From Tubiluchus corallicola (Eukaryota > Animalia > Priapulida), in NCBI GenBank assembly GCA_030141605.1, contig JAQGDQ010000007.1, positions 483,173-547,172 on the forward strand: 64,000 nucleotides of DNA, written 5' to 3'. The translations under genes and the position numbers were made by a program. The notes beneath the pieces are model-generated. The model saw only the letters and a program-made list of their open reading frames with translations. It ran no database searches and was not told where the DNA came from. Shown piece after piece: positions 48,701-60,161 of the stretch (positions within the stretch are counted from its first letter, which is position 1; each line of letters begins with the position of its first letter).

Positions 48701-50633
48701 CCGTTTGTCCACTCTCCGCCCTATTCAACGCGTATTGATGCTGTTGCGAGTCGCGCCTAGCATCAGCCTCTTGCTTTGCAGCTTGTGAGCGGGTTACAAC
48801 ATAAGCTGACTCTGTCATTTGCACTCTTGCTTCGGCGATGGCCCGACGTGGCTTGGGAAGGGGCTTTAAAGCAGAAAGGTAGTTATTACCGAGTAGAAAA
48901 TCTGTAGGTAACTTTGAGCTCACACTCACAGTAAGGATGCCGGAAAAACCAGGACCCTCAATTTCAATCTCTGCAGGAAAGCAAGTGCTTAGATCGCCGC
49001 AAATACAAGTGAGTTGCTGAGGTGATTTATCTAAATATTGGTCAGGCTGCACAAACCTCGAATTCACCATAGAAACAGAGGCGCCTGTATCACGGACGCA
49101 ATCGGCATGCAACCCATTAATGAGAGCCTTGAAGCAAACAGGTTCTGTCTGTCCTGGCACATGCCGCCATTGATTGTTAGCTAAGTCATCACTGTCAACC
49201 TCGCCGAATAATTGTTTTCCAGCGGAAGTAGATCCAGCAGCTTTGAGACTTGCCTCCGTATTAAGGTTGGCACGACATTCATTCCGTTTGTGCCCGGCCC
49301 TGCCACAACGATAACACTGTATCCGTGTGCTCTTTATTGTATTGCCACCTCCACCACTAACTCCACCTTTATTTTCTTTGGAGCGCTGACTGGATTGGGC
49401 AGATCTATTGTAACGACGCGAAACCAGAGTACTCCTTTCGTGTGGGGTTACTAAGTTTGCAGCCACGTATCGATCTGCGCGTTCCGTAAGTTCTTCTAAT
49501 TTCATAAGAGTTTTCCTCCTTAGCCATGCCGCCAAGTCATTCGGCATCAAGGAAAGTATCTGTTCAATTGCGTCAATTTGACAAACTCCCTCATAGGTAG
49601 AAACACCGAGAGCTTTGTGATAATCTCGCAGGCTACTATCCAGCCTGCGACCGAGTTGAGTATAGCTTTCATTTTTCAGTTTGCTAATACTTCGGAATCT
49701 TTCCAAGTACATATCAGGACTGAGAATGTAAGCACCAAGCAACGCCTTACGTAATGCATCATAATTTCGCAAACTGTCTGCTGGCAATTGCTGAAACGCA
49801 TCAGCAGCCCTGCCAGTCAATGCTGGCCCCAGGCAGGCTGCCCAAGATGTCTTAGGAATATCATTGGCAACCGCACAAGACTCGAACCAATCCAAGTACT
49901 TCTGAATATCATCCTTAGATTCTTCATATGTCCGGACTTTAAAATGCCTGATCTTGTCGGCAGCAGAGTCTAAAGTTGAAGTATTAGGGTTAGAGAAGGA
50001 GATATTTTGTGCGGGGGATGACCTAAGTTCTTGACGTCTCAATTCAACTTGAGCCATCTGTTGTTCATGTTCCATTTTCTTTATGGACACTTCAGCTTCA
50101 AGTTCCAATCGCCTAATTTCAAGTAAGGCTTGGGTTGTCTTCTCATCAGTAGTAGAAAGCGCTTCTAAATTAATTGACGCAGTTTTACGACGCCTAGGAG
50201 TAGGCAAAGGTACACTATTTACATGCGTTGGCACCGAGACCGGATCTAGCAGGGGCTTTTCGGCAGCAATGGTTCGCACCCCTGTTGTAGCGAAATGAAG
50301 CGGCTTGCGCTTGACACTAGTATCCTCTCGTTCACTTAAAGCGACTGTAGCGGGTAGGGGCAGCTCCATGTCATTATCCGAGAGAGAACCCTCCTCTGAC
50401 ATGCGATCCAGTTGATCCAGTGGATCTTTCATCTCACCACCTTCTGGATTTTCCAAGTCCGCCCTAGTTTCCGCTCCTTCTTCGGGAAGCCCGGCTGCTT
50501 CAAAAATTGTAGTAATCAACTTCGCTCTCGTAGGTCGTGGGTCAACCAGGAGCAAATGCTCTGCAACGATATCTTGCAATTGTTTCTTGCTAAGGGAAAC
50601 TAATTGTGACAGTCTATATCGTTTCTCAGACAT
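45765..50633 (-). CDS. Gag-Pol polyprotein: Gag (capsid/SCAN-like, CCHC knuckle) - protease - integrase - reverse transcriptase - RNase H
   Basis: CYRCGRAGHKRNEC; RDTGAS; H..LAGHLG..CDTC, MDIIGP, ITDCG, GLVERYN, GPF; RPCVDYRQLN, YIDD; TSDAS, ADALSR. First ATG at 50633; the frame is open from 50657. Confidence 0.96.
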   Translation of the reverse strand: MSEKRYRLSQLVSLSKKQLQDIVAEHLLLVDPRPTRAKLITTIFEAAGLPEEGAETRADLENPEGGEMKDPLDQLDRMSEEGSLSDNDMELPLPATVALSEREDTSVKRKPLHFATTGVRTIAAEKPLLDPVSVPTHVNSVPLPTPRRRKTASINLEALSTTDEKTTQALLEIRRLELEAEVSIKKMEHEQQMAQVELRRQELRSSPAQNISFSNPNTSTLDSAADKIRHFKVRTYEESKDDIQKYLDWFESCAVANDIPKTSWAACLGPALTGRAADAFQQLPADSLRNYDALRKALLGAYILSPDMYLERFRSISKLKNESYTQLGRRLDSSLRDYHKALGVSTYEGVCQIDAIEQILSLMPNDLAAWLRRKTLMKLEELTERADRYVAANLVTPHERSTLVSRRYNRSAQSSQRSKENKGGVSGGGGNTIKSTRIQCYRCGRAGHKRNECRANLNTEASLKAAGSTSAGKQLFGEVDSDDLANNQWRHVPGQTEPVCFKALINGLHADCVRDTGASVSMVNSRFVQPDQYLDKSPQQLTCICGDLSTCFPAEIEIEGPGFSGILTVSVSSKLPTDFLLGNNYLSALKPLPKPRRAIAEARVQMTESAYVVTRSQAAKQEADARRDSQQHQYALNRAESGQTDLHQSTKVHDQLLKASAKELGQEQEEDVSIRNLIDNAGTSEAAYKKGSGYFLHDGILFYLCRERKGRSPRELLVLPKPRRKTVLALAHGSRLAGHLGINKTTQRILQEFIWPHLKRSVRNYCRSCDTCQRTARVRQADRAPLKPLSIADTAFRTIGMDIIGPLDRTPSGNQYALVLVDHSTRYPDCYPLPNIETITVLDALLKFCCRYGIPRQIITDCGTQVTSELTQELERQLGVKGIFASPYSPSTCGLVERYNATLKASILRLQQDNPSLPWDQAVDFVLFAYREVPQESTNYSPNELVFGYPIRGPLAMLKERWGCSKPPNLEDIDEYVARVINTIETATEDAHQSLREAKLAQKRWYDRISKERGFEIGDRVLIRNIRMGKKMSPGWRGPFPVVDKLSDWNYKVCVGSKGKRRDVRVYHVNKLKHYIDRQENLVLWAMCTSSEVPDLERDYTGEVSITEGEVFWAGNEEEVEELQSEPAIGQGVVQSSGLPEYAFLPTAKATQSVDDLELSSNLSSQANTQLRTVFHKFPEMFTDLPGRTMVVRHHINLFDKTPVRQHPYRIPQARNEVVRQELQQKLDLGIIRRSESEYASPMLLVPKPHDEWRPCVDYRQLNAHTIFCPYVMPRPDDIVDDLHNAVWISTIDLAKAYWQIELTPESIPLTAFVTSFGKFEFLVMPFGLMNAASSAQSLMDRILETVSNSSRGYIDDVLIKSSNWADHLRHVEDTLTYIRKAGLTAKPHKCHFALQQANFLGYVIGRNRLRPQPQKLEQIHNCARPQTKSQVRRFLGMVGFYRRFLLAQFSTIAAPLFALTEKHASIQVQWSDACEKSFLQLRNALTSKSVLHSPDFSKPFILTSDASFVGIGGVLSQDREDGLGEVPITFVSRKLTTTETRYSVVEVELLSVVYCVQKLRYYLEGRNFTLRTDQRSLLALDKMRRNNRCLCHWTLILSEFAFTVDHVAGSQNLVADALSRL

Positions 50634-51338
50634 TATTGAAACAATAATTAAATTCAAGCCTGAAAACGAAAATGCAATTAGCTACGGGTTATAGTTTGAT
50701 AGGTTTTCTCTAATTTTCCACTTCTCACGCCTCCACACACTCTTGCACTCAAACACAAAGAGAAACGTTCTTTAAACTTATTTCTTATTAACGAGCTTCA
50801 ACCCGTACAATTAAACTGGAGTTTTTGAGCGTAGGCCTTTAGTATCAAATGTATGGCCAGAATTTTGTATGCGCAAAGTAAATTTAAAAAGCTATAAACG
50901 CTTAGAACAAGCAACAGAGAAGCCAGGTAAACATGCAGCATGTATACTTCCTGCCAATGAAGCTTTTTCTATATTTAGTTTGCGAAGAAACTGGACTTAT
51001 GCCAAATTTTCAATAACGTCCTATGTAAACCTGACTAGACACCAGAATACAGTTAGGAAACAATATATAGGTTAAACTGCAAAATATTGAATTAATTGGT
51101 GTACCTACAAAGTTTAAATAGAAAAACTGTTGTAACTACTATTTTCTGCCCGGTTTTTCACTTTTCGTTTAAGTAAAGCTGAATCGTTTATCACACGGAC
51201 AAAAATATTTCCTACTAGTAGTTAATGAAAGAAATTAACATTTCCGTGGCATTTGTTTAGCCCACACTGTATAACCAAGACTTGTACAAAACGGATGAAG
51301 ATATCAACTCAAGTTGATATTAGACACGACAAAAAACG

Positions 51339-51348
51339 TCTGACACCA
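51339..51348 (-). promoter_or_regulatory. Primer binding site, tRNA-Leu-like
   Basis: TGGTGTCAGA lies 1 nt downstream of the 5' LTR and is complementary to a ...TCTGACACCA tRNA-Leu 3' end. Confidence 0.8.
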
Positions 51349-51349
51349 G

Positions 51350-52539
51350 TGTAACATTCGGGTCACGAAATTCCTTGCTAGCCCAACTGAGGCTCGAACT
51401 TGGGTCGGGCAACTTAAGTCAAGATGGATTGCTGAACGGGTTGGTGACTCCAAATGTTAAAGAGCAGCAATATTTGTTTAAATTCTAAGGCAGTTACAAG
51501 CGCAGGAGGGGTCGGTCCGTCCTAAAGTACAGAGAATGGGCCAATGGTGATACAGTGTGAACGGAAACAGTGAACACAACAAAGTATAAATAAACAAACT
51601 GTTTGCCATAGGTTTAACATTTTAATTGGCAAAATTAATTAATTAACTAATTCAAAGCAATAAACAAAAAGAACTCACAACTTGCACCAGAGCAGCGGGG
51701 TACCCCTCATTTAATAACCGTCTGCTAGCGTTTCACGTAGCGGGACGTCTCCCGTAAAGTTCCGGGTTTCACACACTTTTGTGGCTGGAATCACTTTGCT
51801 AACAGTCTTGTCGACAACGGCGACCGCATCAATGTCCCACTCGCTTGACTAGCTTAATGAGATTAGCGGACGATGACAGACCACCAGGATTCTTCTGAAG
51901 ACGTCTCCTCCTAATGAGTCAGGTACCAGGCTTTCAGAATATATTAGAAGTTTACTTTTAATGTCGTCTTGGTTGAAAACTTCACCATCATGGAAGCATG
52001 CCCATCACAGGAAAATGTCAATTGCCAAATAACAGACGTATGGCTCACGTTCTGTCTACGCAAGATAATGACTGGTAGTGTGAACAATTCAATTCACGTA
52101 GCTATTGCAAGTCATGAAGTTGATTATAAAAGTATCCGAAGTGACGTCTTGTCGGCCAACGCCCCGACAAAGACAAAAACAATTGGCCTTTTAGCTGAGT
52201 CGGCCATTAAACCACAATCTCCCTAACCTTCGTATAATCTGCACCTCTCAAGTTATACCTGTCGTGACCCAGTTAATCATCCAATCACAGCGGTACTGTA
52301 GGTATGAGATCATGAAGCCAGAATTTAGTCCAAAAAGTTGAACTGTAACATTTCTTTGTTGAACTCCCGATAGGTGGAGCCACCAGTTTATAACGTTTAC
52401 CAAATTCGGTTAATTAGTTATTAATGGCAGGTTCAATACAATACATTCAGATATAGCTAATAGTTTTTCAAATGCCACGTAAATGTATTATTACAGTTAA
52501 ATGGCTATTCGTTTTAATCTGCTAAACACGACCGTGACA
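51350..52539 (-). repeat. 5' LTR of the Gmr1-like element
   Basis: Near-identical to 44040-45229 and adjacent to the PBS. Confidence 0.96.
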
Positions 52540-52690
52540 TGCACATTGGACAATCTTGCACAATTTATTATTCAGCTTACGAAACAGAAATGTTTCTTTG
52601 CCTACTGTAATGGTAGAAGTTAGTGACCCCAAGATGGCAAAGAATTTCATGAATTTTGCTCAATGACTTAATACCTTTCACTGCAGCAGA
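52540..52690 (-). mobile_element. Old gypsy integrase N-terminal HHCC zinc finger (other half of the split element)
   Basis: Minus strand reads LSKIHEILCHLGVTNFYHYSRQRNI...IVQDCPMC and joins TEFKP across the insertion site. Confidence 0.8.
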
Positions 52691-54364
52691 GTCATAAGTC
52701 ATTTATTTCACATTGCACATTTACAATAGTTTCGTGTACAATATATGGTGAAAAGGCCTGAACATAATACAAATAAGTTTTTGTTTCTGCGCAATATTTG
52801 CCTATACACAAATATATATAACAGGGCTTGTTAGATTGTCGCACACTGCGAAAGAAAAAAATAATGAAAATAATCTGAAAGTTTGAAGTGATAAAGAAAA
52901 CATTTAGTGCTCCAGAATGGAATGATATATAATGAATGAAACACATACATGAGATTATTTAAAAGTTAGAAAGACTATTATTTGTCAAAATGCACGTATG
53001 CAAATTAAGGCAACTTGATTAAGAAACCTGGACTGTTTTGCCACGACTGTGAGGATGGATCCTGATAGAAATTTTGATTGCTCACCGGTACTGCTTAAAA
53101 TTTGATTTTTTAGCATTTTTAAAATGTAGTAATAGATCTGCTATATTTTAGAGAGTTGTGCTGGAACAACCAGCGCCTAATTATAAATATTCCCATAAAG
53201 CACAATGCGACAATATGGTGTCCCCCCAAGTTAGTGTGGTTGTAAATGAAGGTGTAGATCTCACACTCACATGACTTTGCAATACACAGCCTTAAATGGC
53301 CACTATGCTTCGTGGCTATATAGAGAAAATGGACAACTTAAGACAGTGTGTGTGGTCAGATTTCGTATACGTTCGCCTTTTATTTTATGATAAGAATCAA
53401 AATTGTAGTGCAATTCACGTAGTTCGGTTCTTGGATCACTACTTTATCTATATAAGTAGACAAGTAAATCTATTCCATTTCCGTGGCCTAACAAACGGCT
53501 TTAAATGTTTACAAGCATTTGAAAATCCAGCTAGGACTGACAAACATTTCCAAAATAGCCTTTGAAATTTGACAAAACAACAAAATTCTGTTCTTGTTGC
53601 TGTTAATTTTAAATTACTGCTTAGTGCGAAGTTTTGCCCATAGATGTCACGATTGTCGGCCTTGACTTGGCTTTCATAGCAACTTGATAACAACGTGGTA
53701 CAACGTGGTAAATAACTTAAACGTTGCAACTAACTTGCCACAAGATGTTTAATAGAAGCTGCACCACGCAACTAAGACACCACAAGTAGTTGTTTTAGAA
53801 GTCATTTTCTCATAATTATTTACATTTTGGTAAGAGTAAGTTAAAAAATGGGAGGGTTGGAGTAGATCCTTGCTTCTTCAGTCAAGCAAATGTTGACTCA
53901 GCAAGGGCTTATCCTTTCAACGATCAGCTCTTCATTGTTGTAAGTCACAAGGTGCATCGTGCAGCCAGTTGTGAACTGGAGAACCACAAAATACGTCATA
54001 GAGGGTAAGCTGTGATCTACACTGTGATGAACCCAGCTGTGTGTACGACACCCGTTTGCGAGACGGGAGCGACAGGTAGATCCGATCTCCGAACTCGAAT
54101 TTTCAATTTTTAAAACATAAGTTTCAGCCAAGCCAATCTCGCCCGCGAATATTTAGTTTTGAAAGGAAAAAGTTACTAGACATAGGAGCTACATTTAGTA
54201 TCGGATCTCCGAAGCCCGAATTTACTCGGAATGTCCCGATTTCTCTTATGCTTCTTAGGTCACAATAGAGGCGGAGCGAAAGGCCAATATGCTTGACCTT
54301 AATTTTCCATAAAACAGTGTGACGTTCTTTTGAGTTACTGAAACATAGTTACTTTTGAGTTTTG

Positions 54365-54482
<118 letters not shown>

Positions 54483-55767
54483 GCAGCGTGAATTTATTTT
54501 TTCACAAACCAATTTTTTTCAGTGGCACTTTATAATTTTATTTATTTATCTCCACAACTGCGAGGCAATACTGCTAAATATAAACATTTTCATCAATGAG
54601 GCGGTGTCAAATGTAAGTGCTGCCCTGGCATCGCAAGCGCTCGCTACTGGTAAAAAGGCAGTGTGCAAGTTACGTTGAATTACACTAAGAAACCATTTAA
54701 CTAAACATTCAATGCAATGTATCATGTGATTGCTTGTTTTATCGAACTTTGATTATGTATTTTTATTTTTATTTTGTTGGACTCCCAGAGTGCACCGCAA
54801 AGGGTGCGAGACTGTGCTACCCACGTTGCAAACGATGTTACAAAATAGGGTAGCCAACAAACGCTTTGCACTCTTCTTTGGTACTCAATCAGATGGCGGT
54901 GTTGTTTCGAAATAGCACCAAAATATTAGTTGTGAAACGAAACCACCTTATGAGAGGTGGTTGGAACTTGGCTAATCGTTTACATTTTCTGTGTGTAACA
55001 GGAACACACGAGTTAGATAGCAAATAAACTAATACACCTTGTAGCACCTTTTAATAAAAAGAAAGCATTTCCTGATTTAGGACGTTCGAGCATGGTTCCA
55101 AAGTACTCGAATAAGCTACCAATTAAAATTGTGTGTAATGACTGGTACCCAGAATTACTGGTTTTCCATTTGGTCGAATTACAAAAAGGAATTTTTGAAG
55201 AGCTTTTCCAATCTCCATTCACCGGGCGTGGTTACTTGTTGCATGTTTTCTTACACATGTAAAGGTTGGTATCGCCATCTAGTGTCTAATTAAAGAGGAA
55301 AACCAGAAGTTTTACGCAGAGAAGTTAAAGCCTTTACTACATGAAGCAAATGCTTTAATTTCTCTGTTTCACACAGTATACTCAATCACACACTGGATTC
55401 TGTCGCCATCTAGAGCAGGGCGACTCAAGTATTAGATTAATTTCGTTGGTTTGTTTGCAACCTTTTAATAATTTTAAAGTTAATAGCAAAATAATTTTGA
55501 GAAAATCTAGTGCTCTATAGGCCTAAGTAATTTGCTCTCTATATAGTGTTGATGCGTTAAAAACTACATTTCTTGAAGCTTGTAGAGCAAGAACCTTGTT
55601 TTGGAATAAAATTTTTAGGCATTTTCGCATGGCAATGATGACGTTAATTGCGCCAAAAAACCCCACGGCTCTGTTCATTTCAAAAGGGGTCAAGGCGAAG
55701 TATAAGATGTTGACACTTGGTTACTAGAATGTAATTCCCCTAATAAACCGCTGCTGGAACGACTGTT

Positions 55768-55844
55768 AATGATGATGATGGTGATGACGACGACGACGAT
55801 GATGATGATAATGACGATGATGATGACGTTGATGATGATGATGA
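55768..55844. repeat. (GAT/GAC)n microsatellite
   Basis: Seen directly. Confidence 0.9.
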
Positions 55845-57628
55845 AACTCTTTGGCTTTGGAATTTTTTCTCCTGTAAATTTGACATCTTTGCAATAATAA
55901 TTAGAGACTTCTCGTGAGAAGTATGTCATTGTGCTAAACATCAGATTTAATATACGCAGCTTGTGGAAGGAGTGAATGCTTTTTGAGTATAAAGCGTTAG
56001 AAAAAATCATTACCATGATGTATCTAATACTTTAAGCTTTGTATTAAGATTGATCTTTTACAAACGTTATCTTTTGTTTCATTTGGCAGATAAAGTTTCT
56101 TTGCGATAATATCGTCTTGCTAGCTTGAAATACACTATTATCGAAATATTTAAGCTACAAATACCGGTAGTTGGTGACATGTTCTGAAAATTACCAACCT
56201 CCTGAAACACTTAGTCTCCTTGTGACAGACGAAGCTGCTGATTTGATCATGTGACATTACCAAGTAAAAATATTTACTATACAATTAGTAAATACTTTAC
56301 AGCTTTTAGTGGAATTTACTTTTCGTTGAATTCAATCTACATAATGAAAGTAGGCTTACCTTTTTTGATCATTATCTGACATTTTATTTACGTTATTTAT
56401 CTGAATTCTTTAATGTTTGATGGTATGCAAAAGAGAGATGCATTATGGTGTTAACTTCCTTAATTATTTCTGCATTTTGACATCTCTGAAAATCTCTGAA
56501 AATTGTCATTACTATAATGTATTAGTTTTTCATCATTACCATATCATACTATTTAGGCAGATCCTGTGTGACAGCAATGATCTTTCAGTATTTATCACAA
56601 AATCCTTATTAAAGTAACATGATGAACAAAAAATAATGCAATTTTATACATGTATTTATCAAGAAAAATCCAAATGATATCTTTATTGCACTTTATTTGG
56701 CCAAAGAAAAAAATCAAAGCAGACTTAGTTAGTACCATCATGCTGAGTCATTACCACAACACAAAAGTTATTAACATGATTATCATTGTTGTGCAGTATT
56801 TCAGTTGTTTTATTAGTCTCTTGTTTTATAACAATGTATCAAAAATAATTAATGTGCAGTAAAAATATATTTGTTTCAATAAACTATACAACCCAAAGAC
56901 AAGTGCAATAAAGAAACAGTGCTTCGAACACTGAATTCTTTTTAGATTATAACTGATTATTGTTAAAAGACCACATCCTATATTTATTTTTGACGCCTTG
57001 CGGATTTTCACTTTTACATTTTTAACTTCTCAACAGTTTAAGAATGGAATTTATTTACAACGAGCCATTGGATTAATCAGGAAAGCCACATTTTTAAAAG
57101 TTATTTAGAATTTGAGCAACAGAACTAACTTGTGGTAAGAAATTTGATCCTTGCTTAGATTACTGCATATAACACGCTGGCATGTCATTTTGCAACTCAG
57201 AGCAGACATAATAGATAATGCACCGCTTTCCCTGTGGGAGGCTGTGTGTTCGATTCTGCAACGTGATATGAAAGACATATTTAGTGTGAAAGCGGAGTAA
57301 TACTCTCTGTTTATGTAATCGTACAGTTTGTTATTTACAATCGGCCATAAGCTCTTTAGGCTTCTGCAATTGTTAATTCAAAAGCTCACTTCAAATAAGG
57401 ATTATTATGATAGAGCAAAAGTTCATGTAAAAATAATTAGCCTTAAAACGGAGAATGGCCTCTTTTCAGAGAATAACCTATTTGATGCAAAATATGCTAT
57501 AAAAAAGTCTTTTTTCACTTTCTCGCCGAGATAAATCGTTGACAAAAAGTCATAAAATCAACATTACTGCGTTTCTCGGCGTTTTAGTTTTACTTAGTAT
57601 TTTTACTTGGTCTTGGTGACATTTCGTA

Positions 57629-58410
57629 TCTTTTTATAGGTTTTACGTGTCAAATGTAGACCTGCGTTAACTCAAATGTAGACTTAGGTAGTTCAAATGT
57701 GTTAGCATTGGCTTCCAAGAAATCTTAAGCGTTTTTGGTAAGTCAAATGTAGACACATGTCAAGTCAAATGTGACATTGGTATCTCAAATGTGGATAGGT
57801 GGTAAAATTTAAGAATGTTAAATTTAATCTTCTTTAATTTCAATTTAATAATTGCTCTTAAGTTAAAATAACAACGTTATAGGTTCACTAATATTCTGCA
57901 AACTTTACATACCATTGGAACTGTTAGAGAAAACAATACATTCTTAAAATAAACAATGTTTCTTGAGAGAAACGAATTCATTAATGCAGTGCTAATGCAT
58001 TACTTGGAAAACTAATTAGTGATTCACTGTTCATTGGGAAGTGGGAACCGACAATGTAAAACATTGACAAATAAAATGTAGAATTTGTGTATATATTAAT
58101 AATTGTATAATTGTTAACATTTATGTACAACACTTTTAAGTGTTCTTATCAAATAAACATTTTCTTTACATTTGAAATATTAACGTCCATACAAATAGTT
58201 GCAAATTAATTAAATATAATAAAAATTGATGCTGCCGATAGCACCATGACCATAAAATATAAGTTTAATTTGGTTTTATCTTTTTGTAATTTGCACTTAA
58301 ATGAGTTAATTACCGATTTATGCAAAGTACCGCATCTACATTTGACTTACCTAAGTCACACTTGAACTTTCCTGTGTCTACATTTGACGTGTAAAACCTA
58401 TATAAAAGAC
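57629..58410. mobile_element. MITE / foldback-like element with ~80-bp imperfect inverted ends
   Basis: tataggttttacgtgtcaaatgtagac...gacttaggtag is mirrored by ...cttacctaagtc...gtctacatttgacgtgtaaaacctata; reiterated TCAAATGT subrepeats. Confidence 0.7.
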
Positions 58411-59444
58411 GGAAAAAAGTAACAATTGAATATCATATTTTTAATTTGCGCCACAATAGGGCTGCAAGATCTCACGAAAAGGAAAAGTGTGTGAAACTTT
58501 AATCTATTAATGGAGAGACAGAGACATTCTAGTACACTCCGTTTATACTTCCCTCTCTCTTAGGCAGAGAGTCTATGCGCCATTTAAAGACCCTATCCCC
58601 CTCTCTTTTTGCACCCCGTTTAAAGACCCTATCCTCCCCCTCTCTTCGATTTAAGTCCGTAATTTGCTAAAATTGTGTTTACGAAAGGAAGCGGGCTCGA
58701 ATTAACGACAATTTGCCTAATTTGGGATTTTGGATGGTTGTGTTGGTTTAGCTCGCGTTTGAAATTAAGTCGTTACTTTGGATTGTTGGTGAAACATTAC
58801 TAAACGGTAAAGTTGGCAAACAGGAGAGCAGGCTACCTGTGTAGGTAAATGAAGGAAAAAAGCTCACCTGTGAAATTAGACAATAATGATAACTTAAATT
58901 AAATACCAAGCTGTATAGTTAAGCGCAGGGTAAAGTAAATGTGCCTGTTTGATTGACAGAGTCATTAGGGCATTAATGTGTGGCAAGGAAAAGTGTTGAT
59001 AAACGCTTACATCCGGTCTCAGAACAGGAAGTGAGTAAACACGGGAGTTTTTTGTGAGATAAACTATAGGAAGCTTTATGTGACAATCTGTGCTGATTGC
59101 GATGCCTTCGAGTTCTTAAGATCTTAAGCAAATGAGTAGCTGTTGCGGAATATCAATTTTGACAAATCTTCACTACAATTTGGATTCCGTGACAACTGTA
59201 AACGCGTATCTATAATATGTTAACAGCTAGCTTATTATCATGATTTCAGCCGAGTTTTTTTATATCGTCTTGATCATCATGTCCTAGACTAGAGAGTGGC
59301 CACTACGCATTCGTTGTTCGAAATATTTATTTGTGTCCGAGACGATGTTGACACTGGCACAAAACTGTATTCTAATTACATGCTCAACATGCTCACTCAA
59401 TTTCACAGGGCAAAGCTAAATAGGCAACGACTGTCAATATCTGG

Positions 59445-59700
59445 ATAGAAAGAGACTGAGCGTAAAAGAGAACGAAAAAGAATGAGAGAAAGAAAGATGA
59501 GAGATAGAGATAAAAAGAGAGGAGGAAGAACGCAGTGAGGGAGGAGAAAATGAAAAAAGAGAGGGAGAGGGAGAAAGGGCGGGAAGAAAACGAAAAAAGA
59601 AGAAGGGACGAAGGGTGGCACGGAGTGGAAGAGGGAGAGAGAGAATGGGAAAGATGAAGAGACAGGGAATAAGAGCGAGACAAGAGAAAAGGAAGTTGCA
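59445..59700. repeat. Purine-rich (GA) low-complexity tract
   Basis: Seen directly. Confidence 0.85.
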
Positions 59701-60093
59701 TCTTGAGCGAAATGAGTTGTGAGTGTAGCAAGCAGCGATGTAAGCGTCAAAGCTCGTCATCTAGTCATGGGTTATTCTAGTCATGGGTTATTCTAGTCAT
59801 TTTAAAGAGTCGTAGCTCAGCATGTAGAGCAGCTAGAAGGCTAATATTTGTCGGATACTCTGACACGGCAGCGCTCTCCACGACAACGGTGTTCTGAATG
59901 ACATACATTGGCAGTTGGGGAAAAAACTAAATATGCGAGTAACTCTATGCTTCGCATTCCAGACTAGTTCTTGCTAAATTAGCACTAGTCCTCGTGAAAA
60001 CCACGTGCTTCTCTATAAAAGAGACTAAACTGTTTTTAAAGTCTCATCTGGAATTCGCTAGCGAAACAAGTCAGAAGGGCTGAAACATTTAAT

Positions 60094-60161
60094 ACCACCA
60101 ATGGGATTCGAACTGAGACTTTCTGCTTTCCATGCTGCTACCATTTACTCATTAGGCCACC
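60094..60161 (-). pseudogene. tRNA-derived relic / SINE head
   Basis: Minus strand GGTGGCCTAATGAGTAAA...GTTCGAATCCC (A-box-like and B-box-like); stems do not pair cleanly. Confidence 0.45.

Larger units (their letters stand above)
44040..52539 (-). mobile_element. Full-length Gmr1-like Ty3/gypsy LTR retrotransposon (8,500 bp)
   Basis: Two 1,190-bp LTRs (TG...CA). 5-bp TSD TGCAC at 44035-44039 and 52540-52544. PBS, PPT and one intact gag-pol ORF with integrase upstream of RT. Confidence 0.96.

Noticed and set aside
46959-50603. Short + strand ORFs within the retrotransposon, and antisense ORFs over PKD exons (e.g. 39714-40139)
   Set aside because: Antisense shadows of real coding sequence.
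53898-54131. GC-balanced minus-strand ORF as an exon of a second gene
   Set aside because: No recognisable motif or convincing splice pair; it adjoins repeat-like sequence ending in (CA)n, so it is more likely a transposon remnant.
60094-60161. Functional tRNA gene
   Set aside because: A/B-box-like motifs are present but acceptor and anticodon stems do not pair; kept only as a relic.
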